A stretch of 64,000 bases of DNA, from contig JBBSXO010000006.1 of assembly GCA_038045705.1 (NCBI GenBank), forward strand, positions 52,996 to 116,995, read 5' to 3'. The notes beneath the pieces are model-generated. The model was given only the letters and a program-made list of their open reading frames with translations, was not told the origin of the DNA and did no database searches. Source of the stretch: Nanobdellota archaeon. GTDB lineage: Archaea > Nanobdellota > Nanobdellia > Pacearchaeales > GW2011-AR1. Both the position numbers and the translations under genes were made by a program. Below are positions 21,289 to 32,408 of the stretch, one piece after another (position 1 is the first letter of the stretch; the number at the start of each line of letters is the position of its first letter).

Positions 21289-21660
21289 TCAAGGTATTGT
21301 ATAAAATCCTCTACCGTCTACATCTAAATCGCCAAAGGGATCAGGGTGGAAAGCTATTGTTCTTGTTTCCATTTCTGTGTTAATATCATCTCTTATTGCT
21401 ACATCTAAGTCTGTAATTCGATTGACCGTTCCTCTAAATTGTCTTTCACACTTTCCCGCTTCTAAAATTGCTATGTAATTAGTATACCCATCTTCTGAAT
21501 ATATTTTATAAGCATAATCAACATCAATTATTCCATTAGCTTGGCATCTTGGGTTTATAGTTATATTAGCGCTTGGTTGTGCTTGAACTGCAATTATTGT
21601 CACTCCTATAAATAATATCATTCCTAAAAAATATAGTATTTGATTTTTCATAATGGACAA
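21289..21660 (-). CDS. Small secreted protein
   Basis: Signal peptide. Confidence 0.55.
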   Translation of the reverse strand: MSIMKNQILYFLGMILFIGVTIIAVQAQPSANITINPRCQANGIIDVDYAYKIYSEDGYTNYIAILEAGKCERQFRGTVNRITDLDVAIRDDINTEMETRTIAFHPDPFGDLDVDGRGFYTIP

Positions 21661-23336
21661 ACTCCTGCCGTGTTATCTATCCAAGACAGACCCCCGTTGT
21701 TGCAATAGACTAACGCTTGATTAGTAGTAGGAGTTTTATTTAAAGGTACCCATGCAGTTGAGTTCCAATAAATTACACTTCGATTCACTCTAGTCCATTG
21801 GCTTTCAACAGTTAGAGATTTATTTAAGCAATTTCCACCAGTTACACAAATATCTTTTGTATTGTTTAGTGGATTCCTCAATGCAATTTTATAACTATCT
21901 AAGTATGTAGAAGCTACATTATCTTGAGCATTTAATTCTAATGTTTGTTGCGCAACATTATTTGTGAATACCCAATTACCTGTAAAAGAAGCATTACCTA
22001 AAGATAGTTGAGAATTTGCAGTATCAGTAGGTAATATGTATAATCCGTTTGCTATTCCTCCTACATTAAGAGTTCCATTTCCACCAGTCATTTTTATCAG
22101 CGGAATTCCAAATATTGATACAAGCGTTGTTGTTACATCAAATGTAGTTGCAGAAAGTGCTACACCAGCTTGTGAATCATCTAATCTTAATTTTTTTCCA
22201 AATATTCTATCTAAAACTGTTAAATCTTGTGTAGAGAAGTTTAATCCAACGTAAGAAGAAGCATTTACAACTCCGTTAACTATAACTGATCCATTAACAT
22301 GAAATTTTTCCTGAGGGTTAACAGTTCCAATGCCAACTTTTCCATCGCTTTTCCATGACATTATTCCGTTTAATTGACTTCCACTACGATTGTTGGATAC
22401 ATCTAGTTTCAAAAGACCAACCCCAGGATGATTAACAAATGCATAAGTCAATGGATTAAGCTCATTTATAGCTCCAGACAATAGTAAAGTTGCAGCACCA
22501 TCTGCTATCTGTGAACCAGTAAATCCAGTATGGCCTCCCATTATATTAAGAGTTCCCCTTCCATTAGTGCCGTTTCCAGCAATTAATATCTGAGAACGAA
22601 TATCAGTTCCCTCGTTAGTTGTAACCTTTATGCCCCCAGTAGCATTTCCATTCCATATAGTTAATATATGATCTGGAGTTGTAAGACCAATTCCTATTTT
22701 TGAACCACTTTGAAAAATAGCAGAACTATTCAAACCAGTAGTAGAATTCCATCTAGAAATATATCCAGAAATCCCTTGACCAGTTAAAGTTCCCGTAGAA
22801 GGAAGATTTGTTAATTGTGATCCGTCACCAATAAAGTATGGAGAGGTAACTCTTTCGGAAAAGTATCCTGATTTAGCGCTAACATTGTTAGTAATATTTA
22901 TGTTCTTTCTATTCTCTGAGAAAAGAAGGTTGTCGCTTTCATTAATTGCCCAAATAATATTACCTTTTATTACTCTTATAACTAAATCTCCCGTCTGAGC
23001 AATGGAAGAGTAATGCCCTGCAGCTAAAGCAAGCCCTAAGTTAGCAAGAATGCTCGTCTCGTTCTTAAAACCAAGAGCAGGAGAATTTGATTGTGCTTGC
23101 GCACCAGCTATTGTAAGACCCTCACCAGGTCTTTGAACATTTATGCTATGATAATTTGAAGTCATATTTTCAGCTGTGAAGTTTCCGTTGCGGAAAATAA
23201 TATTTCCAGCAGAAACAGATGTAATGAAGAAAGACAGAATAAGAAGAGAAATAATAGATTTTAATCCATTCCCCTTCATATACGGAAGTGTCTTCTCATA
23301 TTTATATATGTTGTGTTTAAAATATGACATTTTCAT
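21648..23336 (-). CDS. Secreted fibre/adhesin-like protein
   Basis: GKVGIGTVNPQEKFHVNG and KIGIGLTTP repeats, FIGDGSQLTNL; real start likely internal (MKGNGL). Confidence 0.6.
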   Translation of the reverse strand: MKMSYFKHNIYKYEKTLPYMKGNGLKSIISLLILSFFITSVSAGNIIFRNGNFTAENMTSNYHSINVQRPGEGLTIAGAQAQSNSPALGFKNETSILANLGLALAAGHYSSIAQTGDLVIRVIKGNIIWAINESDNLLFSENRKNINITNNVSAKSGYFSERVTSPYFIGDGSQLTNLPSTGTLTGQGISGYISRWNSTTGLNSSAIFQSGSKIGIGLTTPDHILTIWNGNATGGIKVTTNEGTDIRSQILIAGNGTNGRGTLNIMGGHTGFTGSQIADGAATLLLSGAINELNPLTYAFVNHPGVGLLKLDVSNNRSGSQLNGIMSWKSDGKVGIGTVNPQEKFHVNGSVIVNGVVNASSYVGLNFSTQDLTVLDRIFGKKLRLDDSQAGVALSATTFDVTTTLVSIFGIPLIKMTGGNGTLNVGGIANGLYILPTDTANSQLSLGNASFTGNWVFTNNVAQQTLELNAQDNVASTYLDSYKIALRNPLNNTKDICVTGGNCLNKSLTVESQWTRVNRSVIYWNSTAWVPLNKTPTTNQALVYCNNGGLSWIDNTAGVCPL

Positions 23337-26300
23337 ATAATCCTCCAGTTAAGCAAAGATTTCCGTTAAAGTCAATGTAACTCATATTGTATCCAGTTAA
23401 ATTCTGTATGAGAAAAGAATCTCTTATAGGATTACATGAACTTATCATATCTGAACAGGTTCCAGATTCTAAGCACATATTACCAGTAGTGTCAATGTAA
23501 GCTGTAGAGCTATCTGTAGAATTTCCGATAACCAAAGAACCGTTAGGTGCAACGCAGTTGCTTGATATCGAACAAGTACCTTTAAGAGCAATATTGCCCC
23601 AGTCTCCTAACCATGCAACATTTGATGCAGTTGAGTCTTGTATTAGAAATTTATTAGTGTCATTTCTCATTGGATTAAGAGTTACAGAATTAGAGGGAGA
23701 GTAATAAGCCGAGTAAGTATTGCTTCCATTAACATCTATCGATCTGCATGAGAAAATAACTGGGTATTCTGGAGCGATGGAATTAAAGTTCCAATTTAAC
23801 GTTTGACTAGCCGTATGATTTCCTATACTATGGAATGCTAAATCATAAAATGCATTTATATTATAAGTGATATTATCATTTTCAGCATCGGTAGACCCAG
23901 AACAGTTGAGATTCATGCTATAATAAAAAGTATTTGTTGAACATGCAGCACCATTACAAAGAAGAGAAGTTGGAGTAGTTGGAGGAGTATTGTAAGTGCA
24001 GTTAAGACTACAACTTCCAGTACCAGCAACAACACCATTACACTGACTGTCTGCTGTACATCCAGTAGCAAAACTTGAAGATCTACAAACATTGTCTCCC
24101 CTATCTTCTCCACTAGCACTAGAAGAACATTTATCTGCAAAATAAGTTAGAGCACTAGCACAGGTTGTTATATTACTGCCTGAAGAAAGTCCATCACATA
24201 ATGGTTGTGCACAAGAACATCCAGTTTCTCCACATTCAAAGACTGAAGTTACATCCTGATAACCACATACACTACTACATTCTTCTTCATAATAAGAAAT
24301 TCCAGAACACAAATTCAAATCATCTCCTGTTTGTCGTTCATCACAACTAGATATTCCTAAAGTAGTAGAAAATTCGCAATAATTTGTTTCCTGACTGTCA
24401 AAATAGCCATTATACGGACTAAAACACCAACCATCATCACTTAAACCAACACCATCATTATCACAAAAGTTTGATTGACATTGAGCACTAGAAGTGCAAG
24501 ATTGCCCATTGGATAAATCAGAAACACAACTCCAAGTATTCCAGCTACCAGATTTATTACAAAATTGATTTGAAGCACAGTCACTATTACTATAGCAATT
24601 CAAAACATAAATGTAAGGGTTATTTGTATATGAAGGGTTAAATGGATCAAAACCAGTGGTACACCAATAAGATGAAGTGTCATCGTAACCTATAATCTCT
24701 TCAAAGTGTGCTGTTGCAGGAGCATTAGTTACATTTATCACGCCCTGATTGCCCGATAGTGGATTTCCACCACAGCCACCAGAACCACAACTACTTGGAT
24801 TAATATCATAATAAACATCTTGAGCATCAACTGCTTTCCAACCAACTTTATAATTTCCTATAGTATAGGGGTCACTATTATCAACTACTTGTCCCCAAGA
24901 AATGTTATTTACATTACTATACACATTTATAGCAACAGTTACATCACAATTTCCAAAACTATTAGTTGTACAATATTCATAACCTGGCTCCGTACATGTA
25001 GAATTTCCACCACCAGCGCCACTACAAGAAGCATCATTAACACATCTTGTCTGCGCATTACAACCTGAAGGAGTACAAGTTCTTGTTTCTAATCTTTGAC
25101 CCTCTCCACATCCCCCTCCACCACAAGAACCAGAAACCCAGTTACTACATTGACAACTTGAACTAAGAACACTAACCCATATAGGATTTGTATAAGTTCT
25201 ATAAGTTCCCCCAGATCCAATGCATTCAGCCCTAAAATATGTATCTCCAGGATTTGCAAGAGCTAGATTGGGCAAAGTAATGGGGCTTGAACTGCCACTG
25301 ATATTAACGGGTCCATAATGAGTCAATTCAAGATTACTCCCAATTGTTGATTTGTAAACTCTAAGAGTACATGAATGATCTAAATCATAAGTTATCCTCA
25401 TATTCAAAATATCATTGGTATTTGCACTAACTTCTCCACCCATTTGAGTCCATGTTGATTGAGAATTCTTTTTTGCTTCTATTATAACATATCCATTATT
25501 AGACACAACATTCGTTCCAGCAGCTAAAGCAGATTGAATATTAGAATGGGTGATGGTGGAAGCTGGAACATAGTTATAATTTATGTCAGAAACATGTCCA
25601 TGTTCATCGGTGCCCCCATATGCATAAACGCGCTCATCTTGTTGCAAGAGATTATACCATGCATTAAAATTATCAGCATCATCATCAAGGCTATCAGAAG
25701 TGAAATTTCCATTCCAAATTTCAACCCCATCATATCCCGAAACAGAATATATTGATTCAAAATCAAGAAAAGTAGTGGTGCTGGATGAAGGATGAGGGTG
25801 ATTAAGAATGGAGATACCACCTTGGCTAGCAATAGAATTAACTCCGCTTTGAGCAGATGGGCCCGAAGGGCAATGAACTGCAGAAGGTGTTTGAGATATC
25901 AAACTGCTTAGCCCATATCCTCCAATATGAGCCTCTCCTGGACCAGTTGAACCAGTATAACAACTAAAAAGATTTTCATTATCCCCAGAAATATCCTGAG
26001 TGCTTAATTCTTCTCCCATAAGACAAGTAAATGTACTATTTCGGGCATTCACACAATCATTTCTTACTGTACCAAACTCACCAGCATCAATACAATAACT
26101 GTGATCTGAAAATCCAAGATAATCTAGTCCTAAATTTGCAGCTTCATCTGCTAATTCTTGAACTTCATAACCTATCAAATGTCCTTCAAGACCTATGGGG
26201 AGGCAGTTATCTGAATTTGTAAATGGATTGCTATCATATCCACCCACTGTGCTAAATCCAGTATGTTGATGTAGACTCCCTTTATAAAAATTAATTGCCA

Positions 26301-26367
26301 AACCATCCTCAGAAAACAAGATCACTGTAAGAATAATAAAAATAAAGACGACATAATTTATCTTCAT
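23317..26367 (-). CDS. Large secreted protein: PHP-family metallohydrolase domain plus Cys-rich repeats
   Basis: HQH, SDH, GEE, H, NHP, VEIWN, GGTDEH; then TSP1/Dickkopf-like Cys arrays. Confidence 0.75.
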   Translation of the reverse strand: MKINYVVFIFIILTVILFSEDGLAINFYKGSLHQHTGFSTVGGYDSNPFTNSDNCLPIGLEGHLIGYEVQELADEAANLGLDYLGFSDHSYCIDAGEFGTVRNDCVNARNSTFTCLMGEELSTQDISGDNENLFSCYTGSTGPGEAHIGGYGLSSLISQTPSAVHCPSGPSAQSGVNSIASQGGISILNHPHPSSSTTTFLDFESIYSVSGYDGVEIWNGNFTSDSLDDDADNFNAWYNLLQQDERVYAYGGTDEHGHVSDINYNYVPASTITHSNIQSALAAGTNVVSNNGYVIIEAKKNSQSTWTQMGGEVSANTNDILNMRITYDLDHSCTLRVYKSTIGSNLELTHYGPVNISGSSSPITLPNLALANPGDTYFRAECIGSGGTYRTYTNPIWVSVLSSSCQCSNWVSGSCGGGGCGEGQRLETRTCTPSGCNAQTRCVNDASCSGAGGGNSTCTEPGYEYCTTNSFGNCDVTVAINVYSNVNNISWGQVVDNSDPYTIGNYKVGWKAVDAQDVYYDINPSSCGSGGCGGNPLSGNQGVINVTNAPATAHFEEIIGYDDTSSYWCTTGFDPFNPSYTNNPYIYVLNCYSNSDCASNQFCNKSGSWNTWSCVSDLSNGQSCTSSAQCQSNFCDNDGVGLSDDGWCFSPYNGYFDSQETNYCEFSTTLGISSCDERQTGDDLNLCSGISYYEEECSSVCGYQDVTSVFECGETGCSCAQPLCDGLSSGSNITTCASALTYFADKCSSSASGEDRGDNVCRSSSFATGCTADSQCNGVVAGTGSCSLNCTYNTPPTTPTSLLCNGAACSTNTFYYSMNLNCSGSTDAENDNITYNINAFYDLAFHSIGNHTASQTLNWNFNSIAPEYPVIFSCRSIDVNGSNTYSAYYSPSNSVTLNPMRNDTNKFLIQDSTASNVAWLGDWGNIALKGTCSISSNCVAPNGSLVIGNSTDSSTAYIDTTGNMCLESGTCSDMISSCNPIRDSFLIQNLTGYNMSYIDFNGNLCLTGGLYENVIF

Positions 26368-26813
26368 TTCCTATCCTCATAAATCTTCCAAATTAAGGCT
26401 AGCGCCGAAAAAATTAATAAAGAAATCCCTACAAAATAAGCCATCCTGAGATTAGAACTTGCTTCAAGCAAAAATCTCGAAAAATTGGAATTCAAAGCAA
26501 CTCCTATGGGCCAAAATGAAGTAGCAATTACACTGATTAAAATAAGTTCTTTACTTTCATCTTTAGCTCTTTTTAATAAAATTAAGAGTATCCATGGAAG
26601 AATCAACCAAAATATCAAATTTACTATTAATACTTCTGGAATAATAATTAAAGATTCACCACCTCTAGTTCCAAAAACTGTTTGAGAAATTAGAGTTGCA
26701 ATTAATCCTGGAATGAATGTCACTAAAATCACTAAATCGCTCTTTGAAAATAAAAATCCTGCTAAAATAAAAATAAATGCACAGCACAAAACCAGATAAA
26801 TTTTATTCTTCAT
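26364..26813 (-). CDS. Membrane protein
   Basis: Mostly hydrophobic helices. Confidence 0.55.
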   Translation of the reverse strand: MKNKIYLVLCCAFIFILAGFLFSKSDLVILVTFIPGLIATLISQTVFGTRGGESLIIIPEVLIVNLIFWLILPWILLILLKRAKDESKELILISVIATSFWPIGVALNSNFSRFLLEASSNLRMAYFVGISLLIFSALALIWKIYEDRK

Positions 26814-26816
26814 TTA

Positions 26817-28487
26817 TCAAATAACCTCCATTATGTGTTCTGTAGAGATTTGACGTTCCTCTCCCAAGTAGTTGTAATCTAAAGTTATATTTATCCACTC
26901 ATCATTTCCAACAGTGAAATCCCCATAGAATATTTCCTCATATCTTATCCTTATTTTTTCCACATAAACGTTTAGGGTAGGTTCAGTAAGATTAAACTCA
27001 AATCCTTGTTCGATAGATAAATCTTTATTGAAGTAGAGACTTCCGTTTGAAATGTAGATGCTTAAATTTCCTAGCTCAATAACATCATTAAGGTAAATGC
27101 TATGGCTAACAACAATAGTTCTATTATGATCAACATGATTAACAGTGTAACTGGATATATCATGCTCTAAGGACACATTAATACCAACTGCAATTGTTCT
27201 ATTTTCACTCCAAGTTCCTTGAGAACTATTGTCGTAAGCCAAGAAAGAGTATGTATAGTTTCCTTCCGAGATGTTAGCTAAAACAAATGTCGTAAAATTA
27301 GTTGCTCCAGTTAAAATTACAGTTTCTTCTAATTGCCAACTACCTCCAGTATTAGAATATAAAGAGATATTGGTCAAAACATAATCATCTGTAACATTCG
27401 GAGTCAAAAATAAATAACCATCCCCATCTAAATAGTTATCTTCTGGAGAGAGAGTAATATATCTTGGAGCAGTGTCTCCTTGTTCTGTAACCGTTAATAG
27501 GATCTCACTATCACCTACACCATTATCAGAGTCATATACATAGAATGTAATATATTCTGAACCGTACCAGTTAGTTTCCGAAGTTAAGGTTACTATTCCA
27601 GAGGTTTCATCTACTTCTGCAGATATGTGGTCTGAAGAACTAGCATTATAAGTTAGCTCATCGCTGTCAGAATCTGAAGAGTACTCACTAAGATTAACTA
27701 CTTTCAATGAATCTTCGCCCCAAGTTTGTGAAGACAGTTCAGAAAATACAGGAAGAGGATTTTGAACTGCTATAGTTCTATTTACCGTAGACCATGCAGA
27801 GTTAGGAGAAGAAGCAAAATCATAGCAGATAATATTCCATTTAAATGTAAGATCATTAGGGACATTATTTAACTCAAAAGTCTGTGAAATATTTTTAATA
27901 ACAAAATAATTAGTCTGATTCGCAGCCCAAGTTCCACTCATATTGGTATAAAGACTACAATTTACTATCCACCCATCGTCATCAACACTATAATTTAATT
28001 GTAATGTTCTATCAGTTGAATTAAATCCATTGGACGGACCTTCAATGTTCACCACAGGGGGAGTGGTGTCATTGAACACGTCAAAAACTCTTGCTTCAGA
28101 CTGGCTAATATTTCCATCCGACCAAGAACAATTAACACTCCAACTATATTCATCATTTTGAAGATTATTTAGATAAAAATAATTTGTTGAGGAACTACTA
28201 ATATTAATTTCAGTTTGATTTATTATACCATCAAAAATAAAGCTACAATTATCCATAGTATAAGAAGAATTAGTAATTATATAAGAAAATGCTACATTTC
28301 CATCAAATTCTACAGATCCATTTTCAGGAGTTTGAAGTTCAACAATATAACCATAACCACCACTAGTACCTTGAGCACTAACAAAAAAGAAAAACAAAAA
28401 GACTAATACTAATAAAATAGAAAAAGTGGAAAAAATCATAAAATATTGATTAATTATATTGAACCTTTTAAGATTTCCTTTCACCAT
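26817..28487 (-). CDS. Secreted acidic Ig/cadherin-like repeat surface protein
   Basis: Signal anchor, repeated NCSL(Y)...W...WxVxC units, DSDSDELTY. Confidence 0.65.
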   Translation of the reverse strand: MVKGNLKRFNIINQYFMIFSTFSILLVLVFLFFFFVSAQGTSGGYGYIVELQTPENGSVEFDGNVAFSYIITNSSYTMDNCSFIFDGIINQTEINISSSSTNYFYLNNLQNDEYSWSVNCSWSDGNISQSEARVFDVFNDTTPPVVNIEGPSNGFNSTDRTLQLNYSVDDDGWIVNCSLYTNMSGTWAANQTNYFVIKNISQTFELNNVPNDLTFKWNIICYDFASSPNSAWSTVNRTIAVQNPLPVFSELSSQTWGEDSLKVVNLSEYSSDSDSDELTYNASSSDHISAEVDETSGIVTLTSETNWYGSEYITFYVYDSDNGVGDSEILLTVTEQGDTAPRYITLSPEDNYLDGDGYLFLTPNVTDDYVLTNISLYSNTGGSWQLEETVILTGATNFTTFVLANISEGNYTYSFLAYDNSSQGTWSENRTIAVGINVSLEHDISSYTVNHVDHNRTIVVSHSIYLNDVIELGNLSIYISNGSLYFNKDLSIEQGFEFNLTEPTLNVYVEKIRIRYEEIFYGDFTVGNDEWINITLDYNYLGEERQISTEHIMEVI

Positions 28488-28982
28488 TTATTTTATGATT
28501 GAGAATTCTGCCGAAGAAATAGAATCTGCATCAGCAGTTATACCCTTCAACTCAACTGTAATATCCTCCTTACCATCTTTATCTAGATCTATCTCATAAG
28601 TATTTCCTTCATCTAAAATGAAAGAAAGAGCTATTTGCTCATCGTCAACATAATTGTTTAGACCATCTTCTAAGTCTAAAATTATGAAAGTTGGACCTTC
28701 TTTTCTCACTCCTTTATACTGAAGCCCATACCAATTACCATTAAATTCAAACTTTAACCTTCCAGGCTTCATATTGAAAGAATTGTCCTGTCCCAAAATA
28801 ATCTCTGAAACTGGAACGGCTGCACCACCAAACCCGGAATTAGATAATTCAGGCATAACAGCAACAATATCTAGTTCTTCACCTGAAGAGTTTACTGAAT
28901 TCAGAAAGATAAATATAACCAAGAAAAAGAGAAGACTGAAAAAAAGTACAAATGACTTAATTTTCATAAAACTCACTAGCAA
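28488..28982 (-). CDS. Secreted acidic protein with Dx[DN]xDG Ca-binding-like motif
   Basis: Signal peptide, DLDKDGKED. Confidence 0.55.
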   Translation of the reverse strand: MLVSFMKIKSFVLFFSLLFFLVIFIFLNSVNSSGEELDIVAVMPELSNSGFGGAAVPVSEIILGQDNSFNMKPGRLKFEFNGNWYGLQYKGVRKEGPTFIILDLEDGLNNYVDDEQIALSFILDEGNTYEIDLDKDGKEDITVELKGITADADSISSAEFSIIK

Positions 28983-29071
28983 AACCGCTTTATATATTTA
29001 CCTAGAAATTTTTCTCTTTAGAATTAGAGCATTCTATGAATATATAAAAGATGCCGAATTATTCTAATTAG

Positions 29072-29995
29072 ATGAACTTAAGTAAATATCTCTTAATGCT
29101 ATTTTTAGTAAGCATTATTTCAATTCTAGTTCTTACATTAAAGCAATCACCCATCATTCAAGAGTATGCAGATTCACCATTTTGTGGAAATAATATATGC
29201 GAAAGAAATGAAGAAATATACTGCCTTGATTGTAACTTAAGTTGTAAATCTGAATTATGTAACTCAAAAATTAACGTCTTATGTGATAATTGCAGTGTTG
29301 AAAGCGAGTTAATTCAGGAATTGTTTGATCATCAAATTATAATATATAATTGCCTTTCAAATTATTATGGTTATAACCCTTCTAGATTGGTTTACCACAC
29401 TGTAAAGAATGCTGATGAAACAGGAGAAGTATGTAATGGGGATGATGGGTGTTATGTTGGAGGAGGAAATTTTGGAGAGAAAGAAGGAATAATCCAAGAA
29501 CAGATACCTGGATTGGTGAATTTTGGGAACTTCAGGGTAAAAAATAAAGAAGATGTAGGTTTTGAAGTTCATGAATTATCTCACGCATTTACTTATTATG
29601 GACTTGGAAGAATACCTTCATGGTTAAACGAAGGAATTGCCATTTACTCAGAAAGCAAATTAAGTTGCGATAGTGAGATTAGAGAAGATGAAATTATAGA
29701 AATCTACGAGTTATATAATAATCAAACTATTACAATACCAGCTAATGAATATGAAAGAACAAAAAATAGCCCTCATGTAGTTGGATCAAGATATTTAGGT
29801 TATCTTGAGGATGTATATGGATGTGATAAAGAGTGTGTTTCTAAAATAATTCACTCATTATATTCATATAGACAAAACCATACTAAGTATGACTTAAGAA
29901 AGCAAGTAATAACTAATAAAATAATAAAGGAAAAGTCAGAAGAAGTAATTGGTAGAGATTTAACTAAAATATTTGACATATTGGAAATAAATTGA
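29072..29995 (+). CDS. Secreted zinc metallopeptidase (gluzincin, MA-like)
   Basis: VHELSH...WLNEGIA; N-terminal CGNNICE...CLDC motif. Confidence 0.75.
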   Translation: MNLSKYLLMLFLVSIISILVLTLKQSPIIQEYADSPFCGNNICERNEEIYCLDCNLSCKSELCNSKINVLCDNCSVESELIQELFDHQIIIYNCLSNYYGYNPSRLVYHTVKNADETGEVCNGDDGCYVGGGNFGEKEGIIQEQIPGLVNFGNFRVKNKEDVGFEVHELSHAFTYYGLGRIPSWLNEGIAIYSESKLSCDSEIREDEIIEIYELYNNQTITIPANEYERTKNSPHVVGSRYLGYLEDVYGCDKECVSKIIHSLYSYRQNHTKYDLRKQVITNKIIKEKSEEVIGRDLTKIFDILEIN

Positions 29996-30045
29996 TGATT
30001 TTGTTTTTTAGCAAGGTTTATAACTCAAAATAAGCGACCCTTATT

Positions 30046-30492
30046 ATGAAAATTAAAGTATTATTCTATATCTCTTTATTAGTGATAGCTTCTTTATTTT
30101 TGATCCAGAATAGCTCAGCTAGCCCAGTGCCTAACGCTATTATGCCAGATTTAGTATTTACAAATATAACTTATAAGATCTCTTTTATTAATACAACTAA
30201 TTCTGTAACCTATTGGGATGTAAGAGTTATAGGGACATTAACAAATAACGGGTCAATCTTCGCTACTTCTTCTACTAGCTCGAGTGGATTATCAAGAGTT
30301 GGAAGCACTTCTGGCTACGGGCAAGCTATTCCAACGCCTTCAATAATGCCTAGGGTAAGCACAAAAGTTAGATGGAATTTTGTAGGATATACTGGGCAAT
30401 ATTCTATGTGGTTTCATGCAGATGTTTTTAACAATGTAACTGAATTTGATGAAACTAATAATTTTATTGGCACAATTATAACTCTCCCTTAA
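30046..30492 (+). CDS. Secreted CARDB-domain protein
   Basis: PDLV...ADVFNNVTEFDETNN. Confidence 0.7.
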   Translation: MKIKVLFYISLLVIASLFLIQNSSASPVPNAIMPDLVFTNITYKISFINTTNSVTYWDVRVIGTLTNNGSIFATSSTSSSGLSRVGSTSGYGQAIPTPSIMPRVSTKVRWNFVGYTGQYSMWFHADVFNNVTEFDETNNFIGTIITLP

Positions 30493-31015
30493 TAAATTTT
30501 GATGAATTCATCATATTTTGTGCAGCTTTCAAGAAAGTTAAATCTCTATCTCTAATAAATTTACCTTCAACTTTAGTAGGCTTATCATTTTCAAAAGTTT
30601 CAATAGCTTCATCTAAAGTCATCCAAACTAACTCAAACTCTTCAATCATTTCTTTCTCAGTAAATTGAGGTTTTCCTTTAGATAAAATCTTTCCAATATA
30701 ACAATAAGATATCTGTTTCATATCAAAACCCCATTTGAAATTTTTATCAGAACGATATTCTACAATCTTACCAACTTCAGATTTTATCTCCATTTTAGCT
30801 CCGACTTCCTCAAGAGCCTCTCTTAGCAAAGCATTCTCTTTTGTTTCCCCTTCATCTATGCCTCCGCCTGGAAGCTTATGAAAATTTCCGCTTGCAACAA
30901 ACAATATTGGAACTAAACCATTTTCATCAAAAAGAACAGCTCTTGAAGCCTCACGAAGTTTAATATTAGAATTCTCTTTAAAATCAGGATCTTTAAACTC
31001 TTTAAGAAGTCTCAT
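30476..31015 (-). CDS. NUDIX hydrolase
   Basis: PGGGIDEGETKENALLREALEEVG Nudix box. Confidence 0.9.
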   Translation of the reverse strand: MRLLKEFKDPDFKENSNIKLREASRAVLFDENGLVPILFVASGNFHKLPGGGIDEGETKENALLREALEEVGAKMEIKSEVGKIVEYRSDKNFKWGFDMKQISYCYIGKILSKGKPQFTEKEMIEEFELVWMTLDEAIETFENDKPTKVEGKFIRDRDLTFLKAAQNMMNSSKFIKGEL

Positions 31016-31815
31016 TTCAAATTTCCATATTTAGATAACAAATTACCTAGCTGTTCTTTTCTTTGACTAAGCCCAGCATATTTTTTCTCCTTAAAATAAT
31101 GGCAATAATAAATATCCTGTAATAACCAGTTTAAGAAGATAAAATCTTGGTATTTTTCATCCCAAAATTGAGTTGAAGATATAGAAGAGTATCCTTTCCT
31201 AAACTGTTTTTGTTCTTTAGGTTTCTTAAACCACTTAAAGAATGCCTTACCAATAGCAAAAAGCTTTGGTCTTTCAGCAATACTATCTATATCTACAAGA
31301 TAAACATTACCATTTCTTAATCTAAGATTGCTACCATGAAGATCGTTTGCATCTAAAGTAAAAATGGGTTTTGTCTTCTTCAATAAAAACTGATATATTT
31401 TTTCTACTCTTTCAATTTCTTCTTTAGGCAAGAGTTTAGCCTTTCTTACTTCATTCAAATTCTTCTCAAATCTTCGCGTAACGCTGCCATTAACTTTTAT
31501 TTTATTGATATAAGCACAAATTTTACCAACCCGATAAATTACTGATTTTGACTCTTTCTTAATAAGGTCTCTTCCTTCAATATATTCATAAAGAACATCT
31601 TTTCCAACTCTTCCTAAAAATTTAGGTAAAAAGCCGTACTTTTCAAGTTTATGAGATATTTCTTCGAAATATTTAGCTCTTTTAAGAGTCTTATATTTTC
31701 TTAAAACATATTTTCTTCCTTCGTAAGTAAGTAAATGAACTTCACCGCTCCAACCCTCTCCACCATCATCAGAAGTTAAAACAGATATTTTACCATTTTT
31801 TAATATATTTTTCAC
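31012..31815 (-). CDS. APH/choline-kinase-like phosphotransferase
   Basis: GEGWSG, YEYIEG, NDLHGSN, YLVDID. Confidence 0.75.
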   Translation of the reverse strand: MKNILKNGKISVLTSDDGGEGWSGEVHLLTYEGRKYVLRKYKTLKRAKYFEEISHKLEKYGFLPKFLGRVGKDVLYEYIEGRDLIKKESKSVIYRVGKICAYINKIKVNGSVTRRFEKNLNEVRKAKLLPKEEIERVEKIYQFLLKKTKPIFTLDANDLHGSNLRLRNGNVYLVDIDSIAERPKLFAIGKAFFKWFKKPKEQKQFRKGYSSISSTQFWDEKYQDFIFLNWLLQDIYYCHYFKEKKYAGLSQRKEQLGNLLSKYGNLK

Positions 31816-32408
31816 TTTAAATCTCCTAAGTGTTCATTATAATGTAATTTACTAATAAATAACTTTTTGTTCTTATCTAACTCTACAACAGTCACAGAAG
31901 CGTTAGGGCTACCTTTCTCAATAATCTCAGAATTATCTTTATTTTTAACCAACAGCATTTTTAACAAAGAAACTTTTGTTCCACCATGAGTCATAATTAA
32001 AACTGTTTTGTCTTTCCATTTTTTACTATTCTCTGTTAAAAATGTCTCTGCCCTTTTATCAACATCTTCAGGAGTTTCTCCGCCAGGAGGAGCTTTGTTA
32101 GGATTATTCTTCCCCCATTCCTTTAACTCACCAGTAGGTTTACCTTCAAAAATACCCTTACCTCTTTCTCTCAAAAGATGAGAGTAATTAGCTTCCATTT
32201 TAATTATCTTTAATAATGGAGCAATAGATTCTCTACATCTTCCCAAATCTGAACAATAAACTAAATCTATTTTTTCATTTTTCAAATAATTAGCTAATTT
32301 TTCGACTTGCTTTAATCCAATCTCACTAAGTTTACCTTGATTTTGACCTTGAGTTATTCCTTCTTTATTTTCAACGGTTTCACCATGTCTTACAATAATT
32401 AATCTCAT
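31812..32408 (-). CDS. Histidine phosphatase (PGM family)
   Basis: RHGET, SDLGR, LRE, THGG. Confidence 0.9.
   Translation of the reverse strand: MRLIIVRHGETVENKEGITQGQNQGKLSEIGLKQVEKLANYLKNEKIDLVYCSDLGRCRESIAPLLKIIKMEANYSHLLRERGKGIFEGKPTGELKEWGKNNPNKAPPGGETPEDVDKRAETFLTENSKKWKDKTVLIMTHGGTKVSLLKMLLVKNKDNSEIIEKGSPNASVTVVELDKNKKLFISKLHYNEHLGDLK

Noticed and set aside
21648-23336. Prophage, suggested by tail-fibre-like repeats
   Set aside because: No capsid, terminase or portal recognised; the protein has a signal peptide
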